Assembly: GCA_000320545.1 (NCBI GenBank) | Contig: ADNK01001577.1 | Coordinates: 29,939-93,938, forward strand | DNA: 64,000 bases | Origin: Bigelowiella natans CCMP2755 | Lineage: Eukaryota; Protista; Cercozoa | Direction of reading: 5' to 3' | Shown: positions 43,564 to 55,348 of the stretch, piece by piece | Layout: the number at the start of each line of letters is the position of its first letter | How positions within the stretch are numbered: the stretch's first letter is position 1 | Made by a program: the position numbers and the translations under genes | Notes under the pieces: model-generated | The model's input: only the letters and a program-made list of their open reading frames with translations | Told to the model about the DNA's origin: nothing | Database searches by the model: none

Positions 43564-44312
43564 TTACGATACCGCTGCGTCCGTTTCCGTAACAAGCTGC
43601 GCCGAGATTGTGTTCAGCTGTTCGATGACTTTCCCAGCCACTTCGCACGCGAACAAGTATTCTTGTGCCTTGCCATCTACAAAAGTAAGAAAAGGGAGGC
43701 AGTGAAGTCAGAGCTCTTATTCGTGACAAATGGTATATCAGAAAAGTACAAATAGTATTGACGCGAATGATAGCACTTGGCGGCGAATCGTTACTCCCTC
43801 CATAATCTAGGCTTAGATTACCTTCTTCTTGTACGATTTTAAATTTATTATTCGCCGACCCCCAGCCGAGGAGTTTCCCCATATGCAGAATTTTCGCAGC
43901 ATTTTGTCGCTGGGCACTTCGATAGAGATGGAGGCCTTTCTGCTCATGAGCGACGCAATATAGCGACGGAAGGGGAGGAGAAGTAAAGAGGGAGAGAGGG
44001 ATAAAGTCTTTGTTCAGTTAAAGATATCGTAGTTTTTGTGAGAGCATGACAGGGGAGAGGGAGGAGGCATTTTTTAATATCTTCATATGTGTGAATATGC
44101 TGCACAATAAATTATGAGCATTCAAATCTAGATGGTCCCAAAGTATCCCATGAAATTCAACAGAAGTGAAGAATATATTTTCGATGCAACATGGCATGTA
44201 CCCTGTTGATGACGAGATACAGGCGCTGGGGCAGCTTCTGTGGGGCTTTCAGAGGAGATACGACAAATGGATCAAATTCGTCCCCTTCGCGAGATGCACT
44301 GCACGCGCCCAT
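43564..44312 (-). CDS. 113-aa N-acylated stand-alone FERM-C/PTB-like (PH-fold) protein, 3 exons
   Basis: Exons 44312-44202, 43939-43822 and 43676-43564 splice in frame: MGACSAS..FVVSPLKAPQKLPQRLYLVINRKGLHLY..KLLGWGSANNKFKIV..QEYLFACEVAGKVIEQL. Confidence 0.68.
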
Positions 44313-44720
44313 GAGATCTTTCCTCCCCCGCTTCTAGATCCTCTATCTAGCAGGGAGGAGAAGTACAAGTTGTTCTATCTCGCAAAGCTTTCCAGGTTAG
44401 GACAAAGCAACGCGTTGTGTCGGGGGGGAGAGCCACTTCATGTATGCATGATCCTAACGTTGTTTTTAGTAACGATATCTGGTTGTCGCTCCGAATAAAT
44501 CCATTCTATTTCGTCATAGTCGCCTCAGGATCCATGTATTCTCACGTTACGAGCGGACGAGGATGCTCGCGTGAATTCCTCACACTGGATCTCGTGCCTG
44601 CGACATGGAGAAAATTCTAAGAAATCGCCTGTGTCTCTTGTTCTGCGACAAGGGAAAATCAAGTCGTAGGCGACAATCCAACGTAGGGATTTCTGGCGTA
44701 TTTGGTTGTTCTACCACACA

Positions 44721-45665
44721 ATGGCCTCCTCCTTGGCCGGGTGGCTGAACGAGCGATGCTTCGCCGACGAAACCAGAGGGGACGTCAAGTTTTCGGAGAG
44801 CCTCTTGGTATCGATACTGCGCGTTGCATACGGGGTGCTTCCTAATTCCGAGGACGCGGTGAGTGCACGATAGGGATAGAGCTCTGTTCGGAGCAATGAC
44901 GTCGTGGCAGCTTCTTTTTGGATCCCCCCCCCTTCTCACGCAACCCTCCTACCCTTTTCACGTGTGTGCGCAATGTTGTGGCGCAAAAGGGGGATCAGAG
45001 CTCAATCGGGACTGAGAAAGTGATGGCAATCCTTGCGAAACACCTCCTGACCCAACACAGCACGAGTGCCGTCGACGTGCCAGATCGAGCATCATCTCCA
45101 AAAACTACAAAGGATTTCGCCTCAGTTCTCAGCGTTCGAAAGTTCCTATCAATCTTCAAAACCATCATCTCGATCCGTATACAAGTGTGCAAGCGACTGC
45201 TCAAAGCATATCGGGCGATGCACGTGATCAAAGACTTTACAGGTAGCACGTTTGGTTTAGATAAGTATAGCTATCTGGTGAATGCCCGTCTTGTTTACAT
45301 TTTCTCAATCTCAACCTTCTTTGATGGATTATTCTAAGGTTTTCTTGCTGAGGAAGGACGACAGATCGTTGGTAATAACATCTCGCGGCAGTGTCAATTG
45401 CTGATTAAAGACGATGCCTGATCTCTGCATCACCATCTTTCACACATCAGAGGGTGCTCGAGTTCTTCGTCCTCTCGAGGATGTGAAGGATGCCTTGTCG
45501 ATATGTAGAAAACCTACTAAGACATCATCTGGAACAGGCATTTTGCAGAGCAGCAGTGCCGCAACAACAAGCTACGACAGTGACAAAACATTGATGAGAA
45601 GGATAGGGAAGATAAGCACAATGTGGTGGCAACTATCGTTCCAGCATCTCGTCTATAAACTGGTT

Positions 45666-45704
<39 letters not shown>

Positions 45705-48312
45705 CAAACTAGTTATGAATTTATATCGCTTGCGTGCAAGTTGCTTGCTTCAATAATTCCTTCGATTTCTTGCAACTCACCGCAGGTGTTAAATGACGAA
45801 ATTTGCGTCAAATACCCCCCCTGTCCTAAGTATCGGTACCTGTTTATATCATCGTTTCAAGCGGCTATTTCAGACGCTATGAAAGGGTTCATATCTTCAA
45901 GAATCGTTGCTTATATTAGCCAATAATCCGTTTGGGTTGTGTGAATTTGTGCTATTTTTATTTGATGAATCATTACCATAATCTGCTAAGGTGCGAGCTC
46001 CACACGATAATGACCCAAATACGAAGAGAGCTAGGTCAGTATAAAAGAAGCAATCTAAGAAGCGACGACGAGATTGCTGATTATCAACAACTCCACCAAA
46101 GACAATTCGGCATTCGTTAGTATTTGCATCGACTTCTCATACGAACGACGACGGGGCGAGCAATGATTGCTTTTACCCATCATTGAATTGAAAAATCTTA
46201 CGTTGGAAGAGACGATTCTTGATACATTTATTCTATGCATACTGATGACGCATGGTTATTCTCTCCACAGCGGCATCGTCAATAGCAAAGGCGCCTTATA
46301 GAACCTTCGACGTACGACACACAGCCTGCATTCATAGTGCTGATGGCCGTGCTGAAAGAGGGAGAAATGGGGACGATGACGAAGAAGACATCAAGGGTAA
46401 AAACCTGTCGAAAACAAAGCGTGGAGACTCAAAAAAGCGAGCATTCACTGGAAAGGAACGAATAGTGCCCATTACTGTGCAAACAAGTAAGTATCAGGAG
46501 ACGAGTGATCTCTTTGACCTTTCGAATCTCTTAGAAACTAGGAAATAAATTTCCATCAGTAGCTGCTAATCTATCATCCTTGATGAGACGTGAAGGACCA
46601 TACTTCACACCCTTGCCGTTTTCAGCGTCTTCTCAGTCAAACGTCTCCTGCTGGGTATGGCCTGGGGCAATAATACTAGCGGACTACATCTTATCGCACC
46701 CAGAAATCGTAAGCGGGAAGAGAGTCTTGGAGCTTGGATCTGGGACAGGTTGTGGCTGGTTGACGTGTCGAAACTAGACGAATTTCGCGCTGATCCTGCA
46801 TGGAATGTAGTAGTGATCTTCTTCGCGCGGGTGGTGTGCAGCGCGCTGCTACTTCCCAGAGCATAGTCCGCAACCAAAGCGTTATTAAAAGTATAGTGTG
46901 CCGTACCCAGACTGTCGCGCTTCTTTGTTGTGCTTTCTCTGATTAGGGATTCTCGCGTGTGTCCTAGTACGAATGCTGCACGATGCCCCACCCTCTGCCC
47001 TTCTCGTCACAGACAACGATGATTACAGCTTGGAGCGTATAGAGACGAACTTGGCCATCAACATCAACGATAAGGGTGGAAAGAACCGACGAGGAGGAGA
47101 TGGGGAGGAGGGGGGGGGGGAGGACGAGGAGGACGGAAGGAGAAGCAATTCTACAAAGACGAAGAAGGACAGGGAAGAACATCGGATTGAGGCCAAAGAA
47201 AATCCCCGGAGGTAATCTGGAATTATATGTTGGGGCAGATTTTTAACTAAAGGACGATCCTACAAACGGCAAGTCACGTGTCTCGCAATTTGATCAAACA
47301 CGATTGCCCGCATATTCTGCTCCTCCTCTGCCTCTCAATCAAACGTATCACCTACCGTTCTAACATTCCCATATGATAATTGTGTAGGAGCTGTAATCGG
47401 AATAGAATTGCTAACAAGATAGAAGCATCGAGTGCCCTCGACAAAGTCCACAAGTCTTATTGCCAGAACGCCACTAGCTACAAGGTGCTGAAACATCTCT
47501 CATATTCTAATGATTCTCCTACAAAGCATTCAAGAAGAAGACCTCGAAACGAATAGGGCAAAATCAATCTAATTGCGTACAATACTGAAACATGCCTGAC
47601 CTATATCTTGCGGTTTTATTGATTCGGCAAAGCCCATTACTCTTCCATAGATTTTCAACTCTTCCCTTTTTTCAGACGTCATTCCTTGATTGGGAGAACT
47701 TCGACGTGAACATGCTCAAAGCGTACGGGGCCGATGTAGTTCTTGGATCTGACCTTATGTGCGTATTTCTACCATTAATATGGATGGCAGCCGTTTATCA
47801 AATTATGTATTGAAAGGGGCTGCTACGGCTAGGGCGGGGAAAGTGATGATGATAATGATGAAGAGGATGAAGCATGTTCTAAAAATTTTCATAACTTGTG
47901 TATATTCTATCAATACCAATATTATATATTTGAATTGTTATATATGTACAATTCTCTCATCGTAATTTCATTTACTTCTTCTCAAGCAGATATTCACCTC
48001 GAGCATTTGACCCATTGCTAGAAGTCATCGAGGCGTGTTTGCTCGTCGCTAACCCTGCGTCAATGGTGAGTTCCTTCGTATAAAAGATAACAGATACAAT
48101 TAGGATGAGAATGAGTAAAATCATCAACATTATTTTCACCATTTTCTTCGCGTACATATCGGCATTTTGCTGTCGTGTAAAATCTTCTTACCCCCTTTCT
48201 TGCTCTATGACCACTCAAGGTCATTCTAGTCTGCATGGTCCGCGACCTAGACACGTTCGCAGCCTTTGAGCGGAAGCTCAGCCTCCGTCAGCGCATAAAG
48301 GCTTCACGGTAA
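44721..48312 (+). CDS. EEF2KMT: eEF2 lysine methyltransferase-like (FAM86 domain plus Methyltransf_16)
   Basis: EICVKYPPCPKYR (FAM86); SCWVWPGAIILADYILSHPEIVSGKRVLELGSGTG; LLVTD; LDWENF..ADVVLGSDL|YSP. Ends approximate. Confidence 0.8.
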
Positions 48313-49046
48313 CCTTTATAGACGCATCCTCGAAATTTGAGCAGGAATTAGTTTGATTGGTATGATAAGCTTGTCCTTAATGACTAGTAAGAGCCAACAA
48401 CGAAGGCGCATAAAAACACAGCGTACATTTTAACGTTATATAACATTGATGTTGCGTATGGCAGGTTGTCGTTACCCGACGTTTCTCATTTTGACATTGA
48501 GTTCACTGGAGGTCTTAATACGTCCTGGTTTAAGACGCCTTCGAAGGCGAAAATTATGAAGATAGTGGCTGCCAGTACTCAACAGGACATATCGTGTACA
48601 GAGTGAGGCCTGCAATGAAATCCTAGGTAGAGCTAGACACGCAAGCTGTGTATATTGTATGGATGCTATATCTATGTATTGGCGAAATAATGTGATTATA
48701 CATGCTAGCATGGCGGCGGCGCCGCGAATGTAAAGTGCATGCAATCATTTGAATGAAAGTGTATATGTTTACACTCGCTACATGCACAGCAGCCGCTAAA
48801 TCTATTATGGGTGTACGATATAGTACTGCTAAAGTAAGGGGGCGTTGAGTTGCTCATGTTGTACAAAAAGGGTGCAATGTAGCAGCGACAGCTGTCAAGT
48901 TGAACTATACGTTAGCCTCTTCATTGCATATAGTGCTTACACTTTTAGTTGCGGGGTACACATTGAAATAACTGAGTGCATATTTAACACGAATTCCGTT
49001 TGCTGCAACTGAACAACCGCTAGCTCATTTTGTCATTATAGGTTGT

Positions 49047-50327
49047 CTATGTGTTGTAAGCATGATAAACATTAGATTTGGTCTCTTCGTCGCCATTCTT
49101 TTCCTTGCGCAGCATGTCCACATTCAAGTACCCCTTCTCCTTCCTGGCTAGTACCATGGCTGCTGCTGCTGCCAATCGAGCCATGACAAATGCAACTCCC
49201 ACAGCCGCAGGGGGAAAGGCATATGGAGAGTATGTATCAGCATTTTTCCTTAACAAGGTCATTTCCCTGCCTTTCCAAACAACACACACGCCGCATATAG
49301 ACGCAACAAGAGAGGTTGCGAGAATCATGGATCTCCAACGTAGAGGTATCGAGGGAGCGCTTCTCAAGGCAGCAGATGTGGCAGCCATCGCGACTGCCGG
49401 GCACAGAAATAGAGCAAACGGCCACCAATGAAAAGCCGCAGACAACAGGAGAATGCCGGCAAGGGCGCGGTGCATACTAACGAATTTCGCAGCGATAGCA
49501 TCGTGGCGTCGAAAGTACGCTACAGAAGTGTGTCCGATGAGAAGTAGGCAGGTGATCAAACCTGCCCAAAATATCAGGTTTTCGCCTCCATTCTTCAGAC
49601 TGAAGTCCCGGAGATTCTCACTAGAAACGTAAATTAGCTCTCCGAGGGCATGAATCGCCCCCCAGCGGCACGCGGACCAGCCAATTAGCTTGTGGATCGT
49701 GATGAGTTCTGACTTTGACCACCCTGTAAATTCGGGCACGATGTAGCTAGCTGAAGCGGGGAGAGCAACCAAAGATAGGTGCCAGGACAGAGGAAACGCG
49801 GCAGCGATGGATATGGCTAGAATGACTCGATAAGTGTTTTGCTGGTAAAACGGACTCGAAAGATAGGCTGCTGCAGGGACTGCAAACCAGAGGACTTCCG
49901 CCACCCGCCACACAATGAGAACTCCACTGCTCAAAGAGCTTCCATTATCGCTAGCTTGGGCAACTTCAGCAGCGACGTGAATTTGTTTGCGCTCATCCAT
50001 GTGCTTTGCGAGGAAGTGCGACGAGATGGAGAAGACGGCAAGTGGGGACACCCAGAGCAAGAACACAACCAGCCCAAACGTAGTAAACCCCAAAATTGCG
50101 CCCGGAACGAAACAAATGTCAGGGCCAAGAGCTGCCACGCGACCTCCATCACATTCCCAGGCGGGCCATTGATTGGTCAAGCCACCCACACCGCCAACAC
50201 CTCCGACGCTTTCGCCAAGGCGGTGCAAGGAGTTGCGAACGGGTTCGTAGAGCAAACTCCAAACGAAAAGGAGGACTACGCTTGCGCCTGAGACATTGAA
50301 GGCGGCCATGGGGCCCAAGACCTGCAT
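49047..50327 (-). CDS. Intronless multi-TM protein with ferric-reductase-like bis-heme transmembrane domain
   Basis: 426-aa ORF; His pairs ITIHKLIGWSACRWGAIH and VSMHRALAGILLLSAAFH; no FAD/NADPH-binding domain. Confidence 0.75.
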   Translation of the reverse strand: MQVLGPMAAFNVSGASVVLLFVWSLLYEPVRNSLHRLGESVGGVGGVGGLTNQWPAWECDGGRVAALGPDICFVPGAILGFTTFGLVVFLLWVSPLAVFSISSHFLAKHMDERKQIHVAAEVAQASDNGSSLSSGVLIVWRVAEVLWFAVPAAAYLSSPFYQQNTYRVILAISIAAAFPLSWHLSLVALPASASYIVPEFTGWSKSELITIHKLIGWSACRWGAIHALGELIYVSSENLRDFSLKNGGENLIFWAGLITCLLLIGHTSVAYFRRHDAIAAKFVSMHRALAGILLLSAAFHWWPFALFLCPAVAMAATSAALRSAPSIPLRWRSMILATSLVASICGVCVVWKGREMTLLRKNADTYSPYAFPPAAVGVAFVMARLAAAAAMVLARKEKGYLNVDMLRKEKNGDEETKSNVYHAYNT

Positions 50328-50849
50328 GCGGGCTCAGATGTTCCGGCGCCGCCCCCACTCGGGATGTTGTCTTCGATCGAGTTCTATCCGTCAGGGTCGC
50401 GAACGGATCGCATCGGACTCGCACATTGCGGGCTCGAGGAAAAATCACCTGCGTCATGGAATTTGGGTTGTCGCTGTCGGGTTGTTTGGCCGCAAATGAT
50501 GCTCATTGAAATAGAGTACGGGCTATCCTATCTTACTCTATTTCTAGTATTTTTCGATTACATACTTTGTCGTTCAACAAAAATTTAGCGTATTTTGTCT
50601 TGCTCATTGCTTCCGCCGGGGATTCTCGAGGATTCTCTAAACCCGTAGTGACGGCGAGCTTCTCACTCGCACAATGGAGGGGCATTAAAGCAAGTTCGCT
50701 GCATTGAAAGAAAAAGACGACATGATCGCGATCGTCTTTGTTGGGGACAGAGGTGCTGATTAGACAACTCACATTGTCAATGCATTGGGAACCCCGCTCT
50801 GAAGGATCAAGATGCCGCGAGGGCTGCGTTGGCAACGGAAGTGGCCCAT

Positions 50850-51830
50850 GTGGGAAGGAAGTTCTGCGGGCATCTTGCGTGCAGATTCCACAGCAGATTC
50901 ACATTGCATTTCAGACCAACCATGTTTCTGTGCTTTCCACGACTATCCATTCTCCTAAACGTGTTACAGGTGCGTGCAAGCAAAAATGTGCAATGTACAC
51001 TGATGGTTGCGCTGCGGAGATCACTGTGGATTGCGATTCGATCGAATTGCGTGCGTGTTCCGGTGGGACTGATCGTGTTCAAGCAGGCCTGTGCACGATG
51101 ATGCGCGATGATTCATCGCGCACATCGATCTGCTGACTGCTGTGCATTGCATCCATCATGTGGCAATGTGGCAGAGTTGATTATGTTGCAGCATGCATGT
51201 GCACAAAAGAATCACGCACACCAGCTACCGCACCACGGCACATGCTGAACAAGTGTTCTCTGCGGTCGTAGAATGAGCGATGCTTCTCAACATTCCTAGC
51301 TACAGCAGATTTCTATGTGCACAACACAAACTGACAAAACGTCAAAGAACATAAGGCTAGATGGCATAGAACAATGGACACAGTGACGTCGTGTGCAGAA
51401 TTCATGTGAATTGACATGTGCATGCATGGCATTGCATGTCTGTCATCATTATTGCATTAGATGCACATGATGCATCAAACTGATCCAATTTAGCAAGAAT
51501 CTTTGCCCAATTCGTGACAACACATTTGCGCATCATCACATATGAATTACGGACCACATGGTGAAAAGAGTAGTGCATCTTGTGTGCATGTTTGTGGAAA
51601 TGGCATGCACATGAGCTCATGGAGCACACGCGAGCTACAAAGCACAAGTGGGGTTCTTTGAAGCTAATATATAGAGAGCCATCGTTGTGCCTTGCAACCG
51701 TGATAATTAAAGACGTCTTCTTGAACCCAAGTAGAGCGACCCTGACACAACAACACACCATGTCATGTCGATGATTACATATGTGATGCAATGGGGACAA
51801 CGTACTATTCATGTGCTTCTCTTGTGTGGA
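50850..51830. other. TpA-depleted hypermutated intergenic patch
   Basis: Dense TGCA/CATG/GCAT words, few TA, CpG kept; spurious His/Cys/Met-rich ORFs. Confidence 0.7.
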
Positions 51831-51836
51831 AGGGCT

Positions 51837-53922
51837 TCATATGAAGCCCTGTTTCAAGAAGAGCACATATTTGACATCCATTAAGTATTGAGACAGGCTC
51901 GACACAATGATCATTAGCAATGGGAGTATTGTTTTCACGATCTCACAGATTGGGGGGCCAAAGATGGAAACAGCCGCGAGAAGGCCAAACAGCAACGATT
52001 CTGGTCCCGACGACAATGAAGACGATGAGGATGTAGGTTCACTGCCCCTTTTACACTTTTTAACGTCCTCCTTTGAAGATGTAGGTACGCCCTTCCCCTT
52101 CCCAACGGCCGCTCCTGCGGTTTTGACGTCTACAGGACTGCTGTTGTTGTTGTTGCTGTTCTTCTCTCTCTTCTTCTTCATGTTGCCGCTCTGACCTTCT
52201 GCCAGCTTCTCATTCTGGTTATCATGCACATGCGGGGGCGTATATAATGGGTCAATTTGCTGGTATTTTTCGAGTTGGAGATAGGGAGGAGGGAGAGTGA
52301 GAAGAGGGGGTGGGATGTTATGCTTATGACTGATAAAACTTCAATTCATTGGGCGCATGCCCGCAGAAATATCAAGGTCTAAAGTTGGTGTGACTTTTCA
52401 AATGATTTTTATTTTTCCTCATGCCCTTTTGCTCGTCTTAAATGCACACATCCTTTCCACACGCACAAGAGAACCTCCTATTCCCACTAATTCTAGTGCT
52501 ATCAGCGCCCTCGTTTTGTTTCCTCGGCCGATATACTTCTTTTATGGCGTCTATCCACTCTCTCCCTCTCTCAATATATACAGTTATACTTTCTAGTGTT
52601 TACCTTTTGGTCCGCTCTAAATATTTTTGTGAGCTCCATATAGATATCCTTTAAATAACAACATGGACATCTGACCCCAACCCCGATGTCCTCCTTTGAT
52701 TTTAGTATGGCCCTCCATTTTCTTTCTTCTTCTTCGAGTTTACAAATCCATTTCAGTTTTCCTTCTTCATTCTCCCTCGCAGCTTCCTTAAGCTCTTCCT
52801 TCTTATGTTGGAATTCTATGTAGAGGGTTCATGTTGATGTCTGTTCAAGCTATCACCCCTGGTTAGTTGTTTTTTTAGATACCTAGACCAATTCGTTCCC
52901 TTTCTATTTCGAGCTTCAGATATAACTGCGGGATAACCATCGAGGTGATAATTCTTTAGTTCAACAAGGCAAGTAAACCAATAATACGAAAATCCAAGAC
53001 AGTGTGCGTGTGATGAGTATGCTTCTGTACTTTTTGAAGATCTATGTAGTCCTGCCGGAGATGCCAGACCTCCCTACTGCTGCATAATGGACGATCCGAC
53101 ATCAAATATAGCTTCGAGTTCTTCCGTTTAGAAGGAGGGGAGTTCCCGTTACCCTGGTTGGCAACACATTAATTGTAGTGTAGAGTTATAATTTAAATTC
53201 GTAATTTGAACCACGCTTAAACCCTCACTGAGGACGATGCGTGCGTAAAACCTCACTGTAAACGGACAGTTTTGTCACAATCTTCTAACACTTGCACTTA
53301 CCGCACGTGGTTTGTCTTTCTGGGTGCCCTCGATTATAGGCCCGTTTTTCTGGTTGTTTGAAGAGATAAATTTGGCGATTTCCTGTCTGTTTTTTATCAT
53401 GATGCAGCTGGAACGTCGTTCCACAGGAAGTTGTGACTTCTTTATTGGATCAGATCCCAGCGGTGCATTATTGACTACTGGTAAACCTTTCCCCTCCTTA
53501 TCAACTGGCCCGCCATCCTTCTCTTCACTCGGTTTTGAAAACTCTTCTTCCAGCGTGTAAATCTCATCAAGATCAGGGAGCGCATCAATCTTATGCTGGT
53601 CCTCTGTATGCTTCTTAATGATCTCATTCACCGCTTTCATAACGCCTTTGAACTCTAGTTCGCCCCCTTCACTTTTTTTTTTTTGGGTGTCTTTGCCATA
53701 CTGAGCTTCTATGAGCTCGGCCCACTCATTGAGGTCTCTCTCTCTGAGGTATCCTTTCATACCTTTGATATTTAACGAAGGCCCCTCTACAAACTTCTTC
53801 AGTAGGTCTAAGTGGACTGCGCGGAAAAAATTCACAGTAACATCATACTGAAGGTCCAGCATCCCGGATCGGTAGCTTGCCAGCTCCACAGCGTTCCACC
53901 CTCTTGGCGTATGCACCTTTTC

Positions 53923-53962
<40 letters not shown>

Positions 53963-54462
53963 AAGAGCTAAGTGGGGCACTTTACTTGGAAACCTAATAA
54001 CCCACCTTAGAGTTAGCCCCAGCGTTCAAGATTCCTTGTACGACAGTTCGGGAGCCAAACATACACGCAAGGTGTAGAGGCGTGTATCCCACTTCCTCCT
54101 TTTTCTCATTCTCTAAAAACCTCGGCCACGTTAATTTTATGTGCTCTTCGATAGCCCCCAGCTTCTCAGTAGTTTTAATCGACACATGTTCGCTGAGGCT
54201 TCGGTGCAACTCTCTTGAAGAAAACACCCAATCACTGCCCGGGATCGCAGTTACAAGATGCCAAGGATGAAACCCCTGAATACACACAATCGAGTTATCA
54301 TTCCCCCTGAATGAGAGTAGGTTTGATCTCTAAATTTCGAACGGTCGATTCACTAATCGTCATCACTTTGAAGTTCTTCCCCCCCTCCAGCGCATTCTTA
54401 ACAATTTTTTTGTTCTTATCCCGAACAGCATTCTTTAGCCTCTCTAAGCCCTTGGCGTCCAT
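51837..54462 (-). CDS. Ankyrin-repeat protein, multi-exon, possible C-terminal hydrophobic anchor
   Basis: MDAKGLERLKNAVRDKNKKIVK; GFHPWHL; GYTPLHLACMFGSRTVVQGILNAGAN; TPRGWNAVELA. Linkage of the 3' exon 51837-52250 is inferred. Confidence 0.65.
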
Positions 54463-54971
54463 TTTTTCCAAATTTCTGTGAGCGTTACGCCTTGTTTAAT
54501 ATGCTGCGACAATGAATTCCACCAATTTTCTTGAGCATTCCGCATTGTTTCATGCGCTGCGACAATGAATTGTGACGCAGCCGTCAAGAGTCTCTTTCTT
54601 GTTCGTCGTCAATCGTTCTTGATGAGCTGGCTCCCATGCGGTTCTTGCGATCGAAGGCTGTGAGACAATGGACACATGGGACATGTGTAGTTCACGCAGC
54701 GAAATGATTCAGCTAGTCAGCGCAACGTTCCTGCTCCAGTTTGCTGAGCTTGCTGACAAACCTGCACTTGTTTCCATGATGGCTTGGGAGCATTTGTGCA
54801 AATCAAATCAATGCTGCGCTGTCTCGAACAACAACTCATCTGGATGCTGTCATTTTGTCTACCTCTAGCTGGACCTTGCCTGATCGCAATCATCTTTTTG
54901 TGGTGCACCTGTCGGTGGCTCGGTCAAAGCTCACTAGCTAGCTAGCTCACATGATGCCATGACTGCCATGC

Positions 54972-55297
54972 TGTTGCGCGTAAGGTGTTCACAGGCCGAG
55001 GCGCTACGTGCACAAGTAGGCAGGGGGGGGGAAAGGCACGTTTGCTTCCTTTTGAAGAGTTGTGTTTATTTTTATTAAAGATTATATTTTTATTAAATCG
55101 TGCACTGCGTAATCATTCGCGAAGCTTTCGCGAATGCCGCCGCACGTGGGGCAGCACACTTCCGGTGTGCTGCCATGAGTCCCGCCGGAACCCACGTGCC
55201 TATGCTGTATTAATATCTACGTTATCTATATTCTATATCCGCGACAACCCCTTTGTTGTCGCACGTGACTTGTGCCCGCGTAGTGGTACGCGCTACA
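54972..55297 (-). repeat. 3' LTR
   Basis: TGTTGCGCGTA...TACGCGCTACA (10/11 terminal inverted repeat); direct repeat of 60095-60420. Confidence 0.97.
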
Positions 55298-55305
55298 CCT
55301 CCCCC
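55298..55305 (-). other. Polypurine tract
   Basis: Minus-strand GGGGGAGG abuts the 3' LTR, with a longer AAGG-rich run just upstream. Confidence 0.85.
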
Positions 55306-55348
55306 AAGTCACGTTGCTCCTTCCTTCCTTCCTTATTCCCTTAGACCT

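Noticed and set aside
50738-51812. His/Cys/Met-rich ORFs in TA-poor patches as real metal-binding proteins
   Set aside because: Loss of TA removes TAA stops and Tyr codons, which produces such ORFs automatically; no domain recognised.
54985-55344. 119-128 aa plus-strand ORFs at both ends of the retrotransposon
   Set aside because: They are translations of the identical LTRs and have no recognisable protein features.
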